A DNA stretch of 64,000 bases from Gammaproteobacteria bacterium (GTDB taxonomy: Bacteria; Pseudomonadota; Gammaproteobacteria; UBA4575), in NCBI GenBank assembly GCA_041576975.1, contig JBFGJY010000001.1, positions 58,772 to 122,771 on the forward strand, given 5' to 3'. This document shows positions 21,007 to 31,005 of the stretch, one piece after another. A model generated the notes under the pieces. It saw only the letters and a program-made list of their open reading frames with translations, searched no databases and was not told the origin of the DNA. Every line of letters begins with the position of its first letter. The first letter of the stretch is position 1. Position numbers and translations under genes: made by a program.

Positions 21007-22359
21007 GTGAAATTGGCAACCATAAAATTCCAAACATTCAAGTGGTCAAGCCTATTGTTGTTGTTAATCCTAATTGGCACTTGTGCCTGGTTAACACAAA
21101 AATATCATTGGGTATTTGACTGGACACGTGATAATCGCAATACGCTGACTGAAATAAGTAGAACAATATTAGAACAAGTCGCTCAACCACTGCAGATGAC
21201 TGTATTAGCTCGTAACGCTGCAAGCGAACGCCATGGTCTGCAACGTAAAATAGGGAAGTACCAGCGCTATAAACCTGACATTACTTTAAGGTTCTTAGAT
21301 GCTGAAACGGAAATTGAGCAGGCTAAAGAGCTGCTTCTTAATAACCCTGGCCAGTTACGTCTTGATTATCAAGACCGTTTCGAAATTGTCGACCAAATCA
21401 CAGAGCGTGACATCACTAATGCTTTACAAAGATTAAGCCGCCAAACAAATCCATGGGTTGTCTTCTTAGCAGGACATGGAGAGCGCGATCCTTTTAATGA
21501 AGAGAATCATGGCTACAGCTCTTTAAAACAAATGCTCGACTCAAGTGGTGTGCAAGTACAAGACATTAATTTGTTAGAATCCACCTCAATTCCAGACAAC
21601 ATATCTGTTTTAGTCGTTGCTGCTCCTAAGTCTGATTTGTTACAGGGTGAGGAAAAACTAATTCTGGAATATGTGGAGCGTGGTAGAAATTTATTATGGT
21701 TACGTGAACCAAATAGTGGTGAACAACTAAATGTGCTTGCGCACAAACTAGGCATTACTTGGTTCGATGGCACCATTGTCGATGCCAATCAGCAATTGCG
21801 GTCGATCCTAGGTATCAAACACCCTGCTGTTGTCCCAGTAGTAAATTATCAAGCGCATGCAATTACAAAAAATTTGAAGAATCAAACTTTATATCCCTTT
21901 GCAGTTGGCTTTGATTTTGATACCAATTCCGAATGGCATGTGCAGCCACTTTTTTATTCGCTACCACGCGCCTGGTCAGAAACAGCTTCTCTTGCAGATG
22001 AAGATGTAGTCTTCAACACTGAAGAAGGCGATATTGCCGGCCCATTATTAATGGCTGCTGCACTTTCACGTAAGCGTGCCGATGATAAGGCACAACGCAT
22101 CGTCATCATTGGTGATAGCGATTTCATGGCCAATAATTATATTGGCCATGGAGAAAATCTCTCATTGAGTGTAAGTGTATTGCAGTGGTTAATAAATGAT
22201 GATAATCACATTTCTCTATTACCTTATCGACCTCCGGATATTTCCATAGAGTTCAGCAATGTAGCCATTGCTAGCCTAGCTAGCAGTTACCTATTGATTG
22301 TGCCGCTTGGCGTATTGTTAACTGGCGTGTTAATTGGCATACGCAGACGCAAAACCTAA
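21007..22359 (+). CDS. GldG-family ABC-transporter auxiliary protein
   Basis: GTG start. N-terminal and C-terminal TM anchors flank a large periplasmic domain; VVFLAGHGE and IVIIGDSDF motifs are typical of GldG-like proteins. 450 aa. Confidence 0.7.
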   Translation: MKLATIKFQTFKWSSLLLLLILIGTCAWLTQKYHWVFDWTRDNRNTLTEISRTILEQVAQPLQMTVLARNAASERHGLQRKIGKYQRYKPDITLRFLDAETEIEQAKELLLNNPGQLRLDYQDRFEIVDQITERDITNALQRLSRQTNPWVVFLAGHGERDPFNEENHGYSSLKQMLDSSGVQVQDINLLESTSIPDNISVLVVAAPKSDLLQGEEKLILEYVERGRNLLWLREPNSGEQLNVLAHKLGITWFDGTIVDANQQLRSILGIKHPAVVPVVNYQAHAITKNLKNQTLYPFAVGFDFDTNSEWHVQPLFYSLPRAWSETASLADEDVVFNTEEGDIAGPLLMAAALSRKRADDKAQRIVIIGDSDFMANNYIGHGENLSLSVSVLQWLINDDNHISLLPYRPPDISIEFSNVAIASLASSYLLIVPLGVLLTGVLIGIRRRKT

Positions 22360-22442
22360 GCTTAATTACCAATTGGCAAAACTAATTGGGAAATTAAATA
22401 TGCTAGCTAGCTACGATAAGCTGACCGCGCTACAGTAAAGTT

Positions 22443-23462
22443 ATGACAGCGTTAACATCAAAAAGTATTATCTCGGCTGTAACGCCATGTCTGGATATCA
22501 CTATAAGTGAGGATTCTGCGCCTTTACCTGCTGATCAGCCGATACTAACTCATCTATACTTCGGAGATAAAAACCACACTAATAAAAGTTGTTTGTCTGT
22601 ACAAACTAGTTTAGAAGTACTTGGATCTAATTTGTTTACGCAGTATTGGTTTACAGACAAAGAAGTCAAACAAAGTCGGCATAAAAACGTGCACTATGCA
22701 TGTAATCAACAAATGCTTTTTGGTCACATTCGACTTGCATATTCAAGAGAAGATGATTTTCAACAGCTTACAGAACAATCGTATCAAGAAATATTTGAGT
22801 GTCTAAAAAATACTGACTGTAAACATCTGCTGCGTACCTGGAATTACTTCCCAGGCATAACCAAAACCACTACAACTCATAAACAGACTAATCGCTATGA
22901 ACTATTTTGCAGCGGCCGTACACGTGCAATGCAAGCAAGCGGAATTGATAACGAAGTTTATCCTGCCGCAACGGTAATAGGAAATCAAAACGGCTGTTTG
23001 CAAATTTACTTTTTAGCCAGCGATACTCCTGGTATAGCTGTGGAAAACCCACGACAAACTAGCGCTTACCATTACCCTGTTACAGACTCTTTTACACAAC
23101 CATTATTTTCGCGAGGTATACTGAAAGTTTGGGGTAATCGAACGCACTTTTATGTATCCGGAACTGCGAGTATTATTGGACATGAAACGCTGCATATAAA
23201 TGATGTGTGTGCGCAATTAAATGAAGCCATAAACAATGTCGAAACTTTAGTTGCACATGCCAACGATCAACATCAAACCCAACTGAATGCTCAAGACGAT
23301 TTACTTTATATGAAAGTATATATTCGTCATAGCGAAGATGTCGCACATATAAATCAAGTATTAGCTGCTCGGCTTTCTAGCAATACAGCGCGTATATTAT
23401 TACTTGGCGATATGTGTAGAGATAATTTGTTAGTGGAAATTGAAGCCTTTTACCAGGCCTAA
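22443..23462 (+). CDS. Chorismate-transforming enzyme, FkbO/Hyg5/XanB2 family (chorismatase with RidA-like fold)
   Basis: 339 aa. RTWNYFPGI, ELFCSGR and the C-terminal YVSGTASIIGHETLH motif are characteristic of the FkbO/Hyg5 chorismatases, which are often annotated as pteridine-dependent dioxygenase-like. Confidence 0.65.
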   Translation: MTALTSKSIISAVTPCLDITISEDSAPLPADQPILTHLYFGDKNHTNKSCLSVQTSLEVLGSNLFTQYWFTDKEVKQSRHKNVHYACNQQMLFGHIRLAYSREDDFQQLTEQSYQEIFECLKNTDCKHLLRTWNYFPGITKTTTTHKQTNRYELFCSGRTRAMQASGIDNEVYPAATVIGNQNGCLQIYFLASDTPGIAVENPRQTSAYHYPVTDSFTQPLFSRGILKVWGNRTHFYVSGTASIIGHETLHINDVCAQLNEAINNVETLVAHANDQHQTQLNAQDDLLYMKVYIRHSEDVAHINQVLAARLSSNTARILLLGDMCRDNLLVEIEAFYQA

Positions 23463-23476
23463 TTTCTACTTGTAGC

Positions 23477-24289
23477 ATGCCCGAACTTCCTGAAGTGGAA
23501 ACCACGCTTCGCGGCATCACTCCATATGTACAAGGCAAGCAGATTACCGATGTAATTGTGCGTCAGCGACAAATGCGCTGGCCAGTGCCGCACAATTTAC
23601 ATCAGCTACTAAAAGATCAGCAAATTCTAAATGTTAAACGTCGTGCCAAGTATCTCTTGTTTGAAACCGGTACTGGGCACATGATCTTGCATTTAGGAAT
23701 GTCAGGAAGCTTACGCATTGTTGCCAACCAAACAAATCCACTGAAACATGACCACGTAGATATTGTACTTAGCAAAAAAGTTTTGCGTTTTCACGATCCT
23801 CGAAGATTTGGAACCATTCTATGGACAAGCAGCAATCCTTTAGAACATAAACTATTACGAGCACTTGGGCCAGAACCACTAAGCAATGACTTTAATGGTC
23901 AACATTTGCACAAACTTGCCAAGTCAAGAAAGGTCAACGTAAAAAACTTTATTATGAATAGTCATGTTGTAGCTGGGATTGGAAACATTTATGCGAGTGA
24001 AGCACTATTTTTAAGCGGTATACATCCTCAACGGGCTGCAGGCCGAATCTCACTGGCACGTTATAAAATACTTGTAAAAAATATAAAAAAAGTGCTTAAC
24101 ATCGCAATTGATTTTGGCGGTACAACACTACGTGATTTTGTACGCGAAGATGGTAATCCGGGTTATTTTGCTAATCAGCTTAATGTTTATGATAAAAAAG
24201 GTGAGCCCTGCCCGATATGCAAATCACCAATCAAAGCGCGCATGCTCGGACAGCGCAACAGTTTTTTTTGTAAGCAGTGCCAACATTAA
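23477..24289 (+). CDS. mutM: Formamidopyrimidine-DNA glycosylase
   Basis: MPELPEVET N-terminus, H2TH region and a C-terminal zinc finger CPICKSP...FFCKQCQ; 270 aa. Confidence 0.96.
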   Translation: MPELPEVETTLRGITPYVQGKQITDVIVRQRQMRWPVPHNLHQLLKDQQILNVKRRAKYLLFETGTGHMILHLGMSGSLRIVANQTNPLKHDHVDIVLSKKVLRFHDPRRFGTILWTSSNPLEHKLLRALGPEPLSNDFNGQHLHKLAKSRKVNVKNFIMNSHVVAGIGNIYASEALFLSGIHPQRAAGRISLARYKILVKNIKKVLNIAIDFGGTTLRDFVREDGNPGYFANQLNVYDKKGEPCPICKSPIKARMLGQRNSFFCKQCQH

Positions 24290-24706
24290 ATTCAATTTTT
24301 TTAGTGTATTGATTTTAATACGCTTGAAATATCGAGAGATTATTCTGAATACCTCTGCCACTGGCTAGTTATTACCTACCAGTTGTCGATTCTGTTGGCC
24401 ATTCAGTTTTGTCTTATGCCCATGCATCAAAAATAACAAGCATTAAAATATGAAACGCCTCAAAATTAGTATCTAGAACTAACTAATTGGAATAAGAAAA
24501 AAACTATCATGGGGATTACCAACTTAGATCGCTATTCGATTAGCAAAATCGATGATCATACGTTCAAGCTAACTGATGCCGATACTTTGCAAACTTGGCA
24601 AATCGAGATTCTTAGAAATATAAATAACGAAAGCGAAACTGAGCAATCAAATGAGAACACTAATTCGAAAAAATGATTAAATAGTTTTTTCTAGCACCGT
24701 CGTTTT

Positions 24707-25324
24707 CTAATTAATCCCAATCCAATTTTTCACATTAGACTCTAAATTGTTGTATGGCATATAGCCATATGCAAGCATCGATATAGTGCCTTTCTTAATA
24801 CCAGTTAAGGTAGGAAAACTTAGTACCCCAAGTCGCTGGCAATAACTAAAATCATCATCAAGAAGTTTTTCAGTTTCATTTGAATGTAAATATTCAACAA
24901 ATAAATCAGTATTCACTTTATAATTTTCTGCGAATTGAACTAAAACATCCTCATGTGTGACATTTAAATTTTTTGTATAAAAGGCAGTTTGTATAGTATC
25001 TAAAATTTTTAACTCGCTTCCGGGCTGCAATCGACAAAGAGATTTAATCGCAAGACATGCAAGTTTTGTATTATATACGAAATCATCTTCCATCTGAAAC
25101 GTAAAATTAAACGACTGAGCTGTTGTTTCATGCACTTTACGCCATTGCACTAATACATAATCACGCAAGGCCTCATCCATCGCTTCAGTGGTATCTACAC
25201 GAAATGGAGCTAACACTAAACGAAAATCGACTTGTTCATTAAAGTTATTTTTTATGTGCTGAATAACAGGAGAAAAGCCCCAACACCAAGAACACATTGG
25301 ATTAGAAAAATAAACTAATTGCAC
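24707..25324 (-). CDS. DsbA-family thioredoxin-fold protein
   Basis: CSWC (CxxC) motif at residues 11-14 in the context FSNPMCSWCWGF; 205 aa. No signal peptide is evident. Confidence 0.7.
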   Translation of the reverse strand: MQLVYFSNPMCSWCWGFSPVIQHIKNNFNEQVDFRLVLAPFRVDTTEAMDEALRDYVLVQWRKVHETTAQSFNFTFQMEDDFVYNTKLACLAIKSLCRLQPGSELKILDTIQTAFYTKNLNVTHEDVLVQFAENYKVNTDLFVEYLHSNETEKLLDDDFSYCQRLGVLSFPTLTGIKKGTISMLAYGYMPYNNLESNVKNWIGIN

Positions 25325-25357
25325 TACTAAAATTATTATCTATAGAATTTAGGTTGG

Positions 25358-27085
25358 CTATCGTACATCAACTTGCGCATAACCAATTCCACGGGGATCA
25401 CTAGCTGCTGTTACACGGTTAGTTTGCATATCCCAAATTATTGTATGCATATTGCCATACCTGCGTTGCATTTTTTTTAATGTATGCCCCATAGCTGAAA
25501 GTGAATCCTGTGTTGTTGGATCTAAAGCCCCGGTTTCAAATTGTATTTGATCTGGTAGAAACTGATGATGGAAGCGTGGAAGCTCTACCATCGTTGTAGC
25601 ACCTGCACCATTGGCAAATTCTAATGCTGATAGCAACATCATCGTGATGATGCGACTACCGCCTGGAGTACCAAAAATCGCTATGCGATTACCATCATTC
25701 ATGAAAGTTGGTGACATACTAGATAACATTCGTTTACCTGGCTCAATGGCATTGGCCTCACTACCTACTAGTCCCCATAAGTTGGGATAACCTGGCTTAA
25801 TAACAAAATCATCCATTTCATTATTTAATAACACGCCGGTTCCTATCGGTACAAAACCAGAACCAAATGAATAGTTGATAGAAAGTGTTGCCGCAACGTA
25901 ATTACCTGCCTGATCGATGACTGAAAAATGTGTTGTGTTTAGACCCTCTTGCAGCACCGCATCATCAAGTAATGAAGTCTCACTCAATTTGTCTCGACTG
26001 GTTGTAGCATGTTTCAAATTAAAATCGGCAAATATCTTCTGCGCATGCTGCATGGATAAAAGCTTATCCACTGGTACTTCAATATAATCTGTGTCACCTA
26101 GATATTGTGCACGTTCTAAATATGCACGTCGCATAACCTCTACAATTACGTGAGTACGTTCCACAACATCCAATTCAGATAAATCAAGCAGCGATAACAT
26201 GTTGAACATCAGCATTAACACAATACCACCTGATGAAGGGGGTGCGGCACTGACAATGCTTAGGTTTTTATAGTTACCGGTAATGGGTTGACGTTCTATA
26301 ACTTGATACTGTTCTAGATCTTTGAGCTGCCATATCCCCCCTGCCCGCTGTACCTCAGTTACCAATTTTTCCGCAACATCGCCTCGGTAAAACCCATCTA
26401 CGCCTGCATCGCGAATAGCCTCTAACACCATGGCTAATTGTGGTTGCCGAAGGATGTATCCTGGTTTAGGAGCCGCCCCATTATCAAGAAAAATAGCCGC
26501 TGCCTGCGGCGAGCTGTGCAATGTATCTATGCGAGCACTAGCAAGTGTGTGATAGCGCTCAGTTACTGCAAAACCATTGCGTGCAATCTGTATCGCGAAG
26601 TCCAATACTGTACTAATTGGTAGACGACCGTATTTATTTGACAAATGCACAATACCTGCAGGCACTCCTGGAATACCAGCGGCCAAAGGACCATTCACGG
26701 ATTGTTGCGTAGGTTTACCTTCAATATCCACATACATGTCACGTGTAGCAGCAAGCGGTGCAGTTTCACGTCCATCAAGCATAATGTCCTTATCGCTTTC
26801 AGCTACATGCAACAGCCAAAAACCGCCGCCGCCCAAACCTGATGCATACGGTTCTACTACAGCAAGGGTTGAAGTAACAGCTACTGCAGCATCAAAAGAA
26901 TTACCGCCTTGTTTAAGAACCTCGATGCCCGCCTGTGTTGCCAACGGATGTGCGCTGGCCACTGCAAAGCTGGGTACGGTATGTTTTTGTTGTTGATATT
27001 GATTTGGCAGCTCATGTTTGGATACGCGCTGTAAATCACACGCCCCAAAAAATAGAGCTATTAACACAAGGATTAAGCAACGCAT
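25358..27085 (-). CDS. ggt: Gamma-glutamyltransferase
   Basis: Signal/lipobox (FFGAC), autoprocessing-site context GLNTTHFSV and GGGGF, PGGSRII motifs; 575 aa. Confidence 0.93.
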   Translation of the reverse strand: MRCLILVLIALFFGACDLQRVSKHELPNQYQQQKHTVPSFAVASAHPLATQAGIEVLKQGGNSFDAAVAVTSTLAVVEPYASGLGGGGFWLLHVAESDKDIMLDGRETAPLAATRDMYVDIEGKPTQQSVNGPLAAGIPGVPAGIVHLSNKYGRLPISTVLDFAIQIARNGFAVTERYHTLASARIDTLHSSPQAAAIFLDNGAAPKPGYILRQPQLAMVLEAIRDAGVDGFYRGDVAEKLVTEVQRAGGIWQLKDLEQYQVIERQPITGNYKNLSIVSAAPPSSGGIVLMLMFNMLSLLDLSELDVVERTHVIVEVMRRAYLERAQYLGDTDYIEVPVDKLLSMQHAQKIFADFNLKHATTSRDKLSETSLLDDAVLQEGLNTTHFSVIDQAGNYVAATLSINYSFGSGFVPIGTGVLLNNEMDDFVIKPGYPNLWGLVGSEANAIEPGKRMLSSMSPTFMNDGNRIAIFGTPGGSRIITMMLLSALEFANGAGATTMVELPRFHHQFLPDQIQFETGALDPTTQDSLSAMGHTLKKMQRRYGNMHTIIWDMQTNRVTAASDPRGIGYAQVDVR

Positions 27086-27098
27086 TCGAAGAAAATAC

Positions 27099-27596
<498 letters not shown>

Positions 27597-27662
27597 CTAA
27601 TATGAAGCGAACTATAAGTGATGAAATTATTTGTGCTTGCTATATGCATCTTAAGATAAGCG

Positions 27663-28232
27663 CTAGTTTGGCACCTCATATAACGCATATCGCACTTGCC
27701 CTGCAACTTTTTCGCGAACGCGGGTAAAAACATCCAAATATTGTGGCTGTTTAACTTGTGCTGATGACTCGATGTATATTAGCCCTGATGGAATTAAAAG
27801 TGTACGTGTTATTAATATAGACAATGCCTGCTTGGTTAAGTCGCTATCAAAAGGTGGATCTAAAAACACTAGATCAAATTTTTGCTCGACTTGTTGCAAA
27901 TAAGCCAATGCATCTTGCTGTACGATGTGTATTTGTTGCGCAGCAAGCACTTGTTTTTGTTTAGTGAGCATTGCCACAGTTGCTGCATCTACATCGACTT
28001 GGATTACCTGGCTGGCACCACGTGAAGCTGCTTCAAAACCCAGGGCGCCACTACCAGCAAACAAATCTAGACAGGAAGCGCCAACAATTTTTGCTGATAT
28101 CCAGTTAAATAAAGTCTCACGTACGCGATCAGGTGTAGGACGAATCTCTGGGGTATCAACAAATTGAATTCGGCGACTACGCCAAGTGCCGCCAATAATA
28201 CGCAAGCTATTCTTTTTCTGAACCACCAACAA
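27663..28232 (-). CDS. rsmD: 16S rRNA (guanine966-N2)-methyltransferase
   Basis: LRIIGGTWRSR, LDLFAGSGALGFEA and DPPF motifs; 189 aa. Overlaps the upstream M16 gene end by 26 nt. Confidence 0.9.
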   Translation of the reverse strand: MLVVQKKNSLRIIGGTWRSRRIQFVDTPEIRPTPDRVRETLFNWISAKIVGASCLDLFAGSGALGFEAASRGASQVIQVDVDAATVAMLTKQKQVLAAQQIHIVQQDALAYLQQVEQKFDLVFLDPPFDSDLTKQALSILITRTLLIPSGLIYIESSAQVKQPQYLDVFTRVREKVAGQVRYALYEVPN

Positions 28233-29514
28233 TGATCTTTACCATATTATTTAGCTTCAAACGCCTGCTAAATGTATCGCGAATATCTTTTTGTGTAATC
28301 ATTGCAATGTTATCTGTGAAAGTATTTAAATAGTTGAGTGGTAAATTATAATAACCGATCAACGATAAATAGCCTAAGATATCTCTATTATTATCAATCC
28401 GTAATGGAAATCCACCGATTATATTATTTTTTGCAAGTGTTAACTCCTCTTTAGTCGCGCTTTCGGTAATAAAATTTTCAACAGTTTCTAAAGAAACATT
28501 TGCAGCTTGTTGCGCCTGATCAACTCGTGTTTGCAACCCTAATACAAATGGGCCATTTAACTGCATAGGAAAAAAATAACTGTATACGCTGTAAGACAAA
28601 CCACGTTTTACACGTACTTCTTTCATTAAGCGTGACGTAAAGCCACCTCCACCAAGAACATGATTACCGGTATATAGAATAAAGTAATCGGGGTCACCGC
28701 GACGTATACCAAGTTGGCCGATATATACGTGTGCTTGTTGTGACGGGTAAGGGATAAAGATGTCTTCAGCGGGTAACTGTGCTTTGGGTTCCGCTATAGG
28801 TGAAGGTTTTTTACCAGTAGTTAGACTAGACGCAATTTGTTTGGAAATTTGTTTTGCTTTTTCAGTATCGATGCCACCAACTATTGCAATGATGGCATTT
28901 TCCGAAACAAAATATTGTTGATGAAATCTTTTAACATCTTCTATTGTAATCTTTTGGATGGTGTCTTGGTAACCCAATGTAGGCTGTGAGTAAGGATGAT
29001 CTCCATAAACGGCTTTATAAAATGCCTTGCTAGCGATATCACCCGGACGTTGTTCCTCATCTTTAATAGCGATCAGTGCTTGATTTTTCAAGCGTGCAAA
29101 ATCTTTCTTAGGGAAACTTGGTTGTGTAAGTACCATTATAAATGTGGACAATGCTTGATTAAGTAGCTTTGCATCGCTAAGGCTACGCAAAGAAACACTG
29201 GATTGATCTAGGTTAACACTTGCACTAAATTGCGCGCCCACATCTTCAAACTTTTCTGCAATAGCATCAGCATCTAATTTCCCAGAACCGGTGTTTAATA
29301 AACTATGTGTAAGCTGTGACAGGCCTGCAAGTTCTGCATCACGCCCGCTACCTGCATCAAAAGTTAGGGCAATATCCAACATCGGTAATTCAGGGGCTGC
29401 GACAAAAAGTGTTCTCACTCCATTTTCAGCATGCCACTGTTCTATCTTAGGTGATGCGAAAGCTGTATTTACTAACGCCAAACACACACATATTGCGAAA
29501 TATTTATTAATCAT
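28207..29514 (-). CDS. M16-family peptidase, non-catalytic-type subunit
   Basis: Signal peptide and M16 two-domain length (435 aa), but the HxxEH position reads LTHSL, so the zinc motif is lost. Confidence 0.8.
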   Translation of the reverse strand: MINKYFAICVCLALVNTAFASPKIEQWHAENGVRTLFVAAPELPMLDIALTFDAGSGRDAELAGLSQLTHSLLNTGSGKLDADAIAEKFEDVGAQFSASVNLDQSSVSLRSLSDAKLLNQALSTFIMVLTQPSFPKKDFARLKNQALIAIKDEEQRPGDIASKAFYKAVYGDHPYSQPTLGYQDTIQKITIEDVKRFHQQYFVSENAIIAIVGGIDTEKAKQISKQIASSLTTGKKPSPIAEPKAQLPAEDIFIPYPSQQAHVYIGQLGIRRGDPDYFILYTGNHVLGGGGFTSRLMKEVRVKRGLSYSVYSYFFPMQLNGPFVLGLQTRVDQAQQAANVSLETVENFITESATKEELTLAKNNIIGGFPLRIDNNRDILGYLSLIGYYNLPLNYLNTFTDNIAMITQKDIRDTFSRRLKLNNMVKIIVGGSEKE

Positions 29515-29537
29515 GATTTTGTTTGCATGGATTTGAA

Positions 29538-30908
29538 TTAGTGAGATTTTTGTTGCTCAGGAGATACCGCAACTTGTGATTCATTCGCTAACGGCTCAAG
29601 TTTTGCAACTGTTAAGCCTTGGTCAACTAAATATTTACGTGCTACTTGTTGAATTTGCTCTGCGGTTACTGCATTGATTCGCGTACTATACTCATTCATA
29701 ACTTGCCAGCCTAAACCTACCGTCTCTAGGATGCCAATCACAGTGGCCTGTCTTTGTACAGAGTCCTGTTGATAGACTTCACTGGCAATTACTTGTGCCT
29801 TGACACGTGCTAATTCTTTTTCATCCACTAAGTTTTCTTGTAAATCATTAATTTCCGTATATAACGCTTGTTCAACTTCGGCCACACTATGTGCAGCAGC
29901 AGGGGTGGCATCAAATAAAAATAGCGTGGGGTAACGCGCATAAATGTTGTAGCCAGAACCTGCACTGGCCACCAACTCCTTTTCACGCACTAAACGCTTG
30001 CTAAGTCGGGCACTGCGTCCACCATCGAGAACACCTGCTAACACCGATAATGCATAGGGTTCCCAGTCATGCTCGGCGGTAGCAAGAGAAGGCACTTTAT
30101 AGCCCAACATTAAATACGGTAATTTAGCAATGGCTTTGACTGTTACACGACGTGTACCAGTTTGTGGATGCTCAGAGCGTGGCTTACTGGCTTTTACGGG
30201 TCGACTCTCCAGCCCGGCGAAATACTCTTCAGCTAAAGCAAATACAGCTTTCGGGCGCACATCTCCCACAACTACTAGAGTAGCGTTATTGGGTGTATAC
30301 CAACGTTTATACCACTCTCTTAAATCTTCTAGGGTTAGATTATCTAAATCGTTCATCCAGCCAATAATCGGATGATGATAGGGGTTATTGAGGAATGCAG
30401 TTGCGTACAATTGTTCATAGACCAATGCATTTGGATTATCATCGGTGCGTAAACGCCTTTCTTCTTTCACGACTTCAAGCTCACTAGCGAAATCATCAGT
30501 CGATAGTATTAGATTCAGCATTCGATCAGACTCTAGTTCAAAGCTTACTTCTAACTTACTTTTTTCCATTAGCTGATAATAAGACGTGTAGTCACGCCCA
30601 GTGAATGCATTATCCCGTGCACCAATCTCTGCTAGAGTGGAAGAAAAGGTTCCAGAGGGATATTTTTCCGTGCCTTTAAACATCATATGCTCAAGCACAT
30701 GTGATACCCCGGTAATGCCACTATGTTCTTGAGCAGAACCTACACGATACCAAACTTGGGAAATCACAACTGGAGCGCGATGATCTTCTTTGACAACTAC
30801 TTTCATTCCATTGTCAAAAATTTTTTCATGCGTGTTTGCTGCGTTACTATAAGCTAGCGATGAGGCTACTAGACATAGAAGTAGCGTAGTAATTTTTATT
30901 ACTTTCAT
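29538..30908 (-). CDS. M16-family zinc metallopeptidase (pitrilysin-like), catalytic-type subunit
   Basis: Signal peptide and an intact inverted zinc motif HVLEHMMFKGT; 456 aa. Confidence 0.85.
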   Translation of the reverse strand: MKVIKITTLLLCLVASSLAYSNAANTHEKIFDNGMKVVVKEDHRAPVVISQVWYRVGSAQEHSGITGVSHVLEHMMFKGTEKYPSGTFSSTLAEIGARDNAFTGRDYTSYYQLMEKSKLEVSFELESDRMLNLILSTDDFASELEVVKEERRLRTDDNPNALVYEQLYATAFLNNPYHHPIIGWMNDLDNLTLEDLREWYKRWYTPNNATLVVVGDVRPKAVFALAEEYFAGLESRPVKASKPRSEHPQTGTRRVTVKAIAKLPYLMLGYKVPSLATAEHDWEPYALSVLAGVLDGGRSARLSKRLVREKELVASAGSGYNIYARYPTLFLFDATPAAAHSVAEVEQALYTEINDLQENLVDEKELARVKAQVIASEVYQQDSVQRQATVIGILETVGLGWQVMNEYSTRINAVTAEQIQQVARKYLVDQGLTVAKLEPLANESQVAVSPEQQKSH

Positions 30909-31005
30909 TTATATCTGTCGTTACGTTTGGTGTTAGGATAAGCGCCGTCTTAGGACGCAGCATTATAATTCGTTAGACCATACTACAACCATTTGTTCAA
31001 AATCT

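Noticed and set aside
24108-24368. 86-aa plus-strand ORF overlapping the end of mutM
   Set aside because: It lies in an alternative frame over the mutM zinc-finger region and runs into the spacer. It has no supporting features.
26577-26996. 139-aa and neighbouring plus-strand ORFs (26438..27267) opposite ggt
   Set aside because: These are shadow ORFs within the strongly supported ggt gene. The compositions are odd (Pro/Ala/Cys rich) and no start context is evident.
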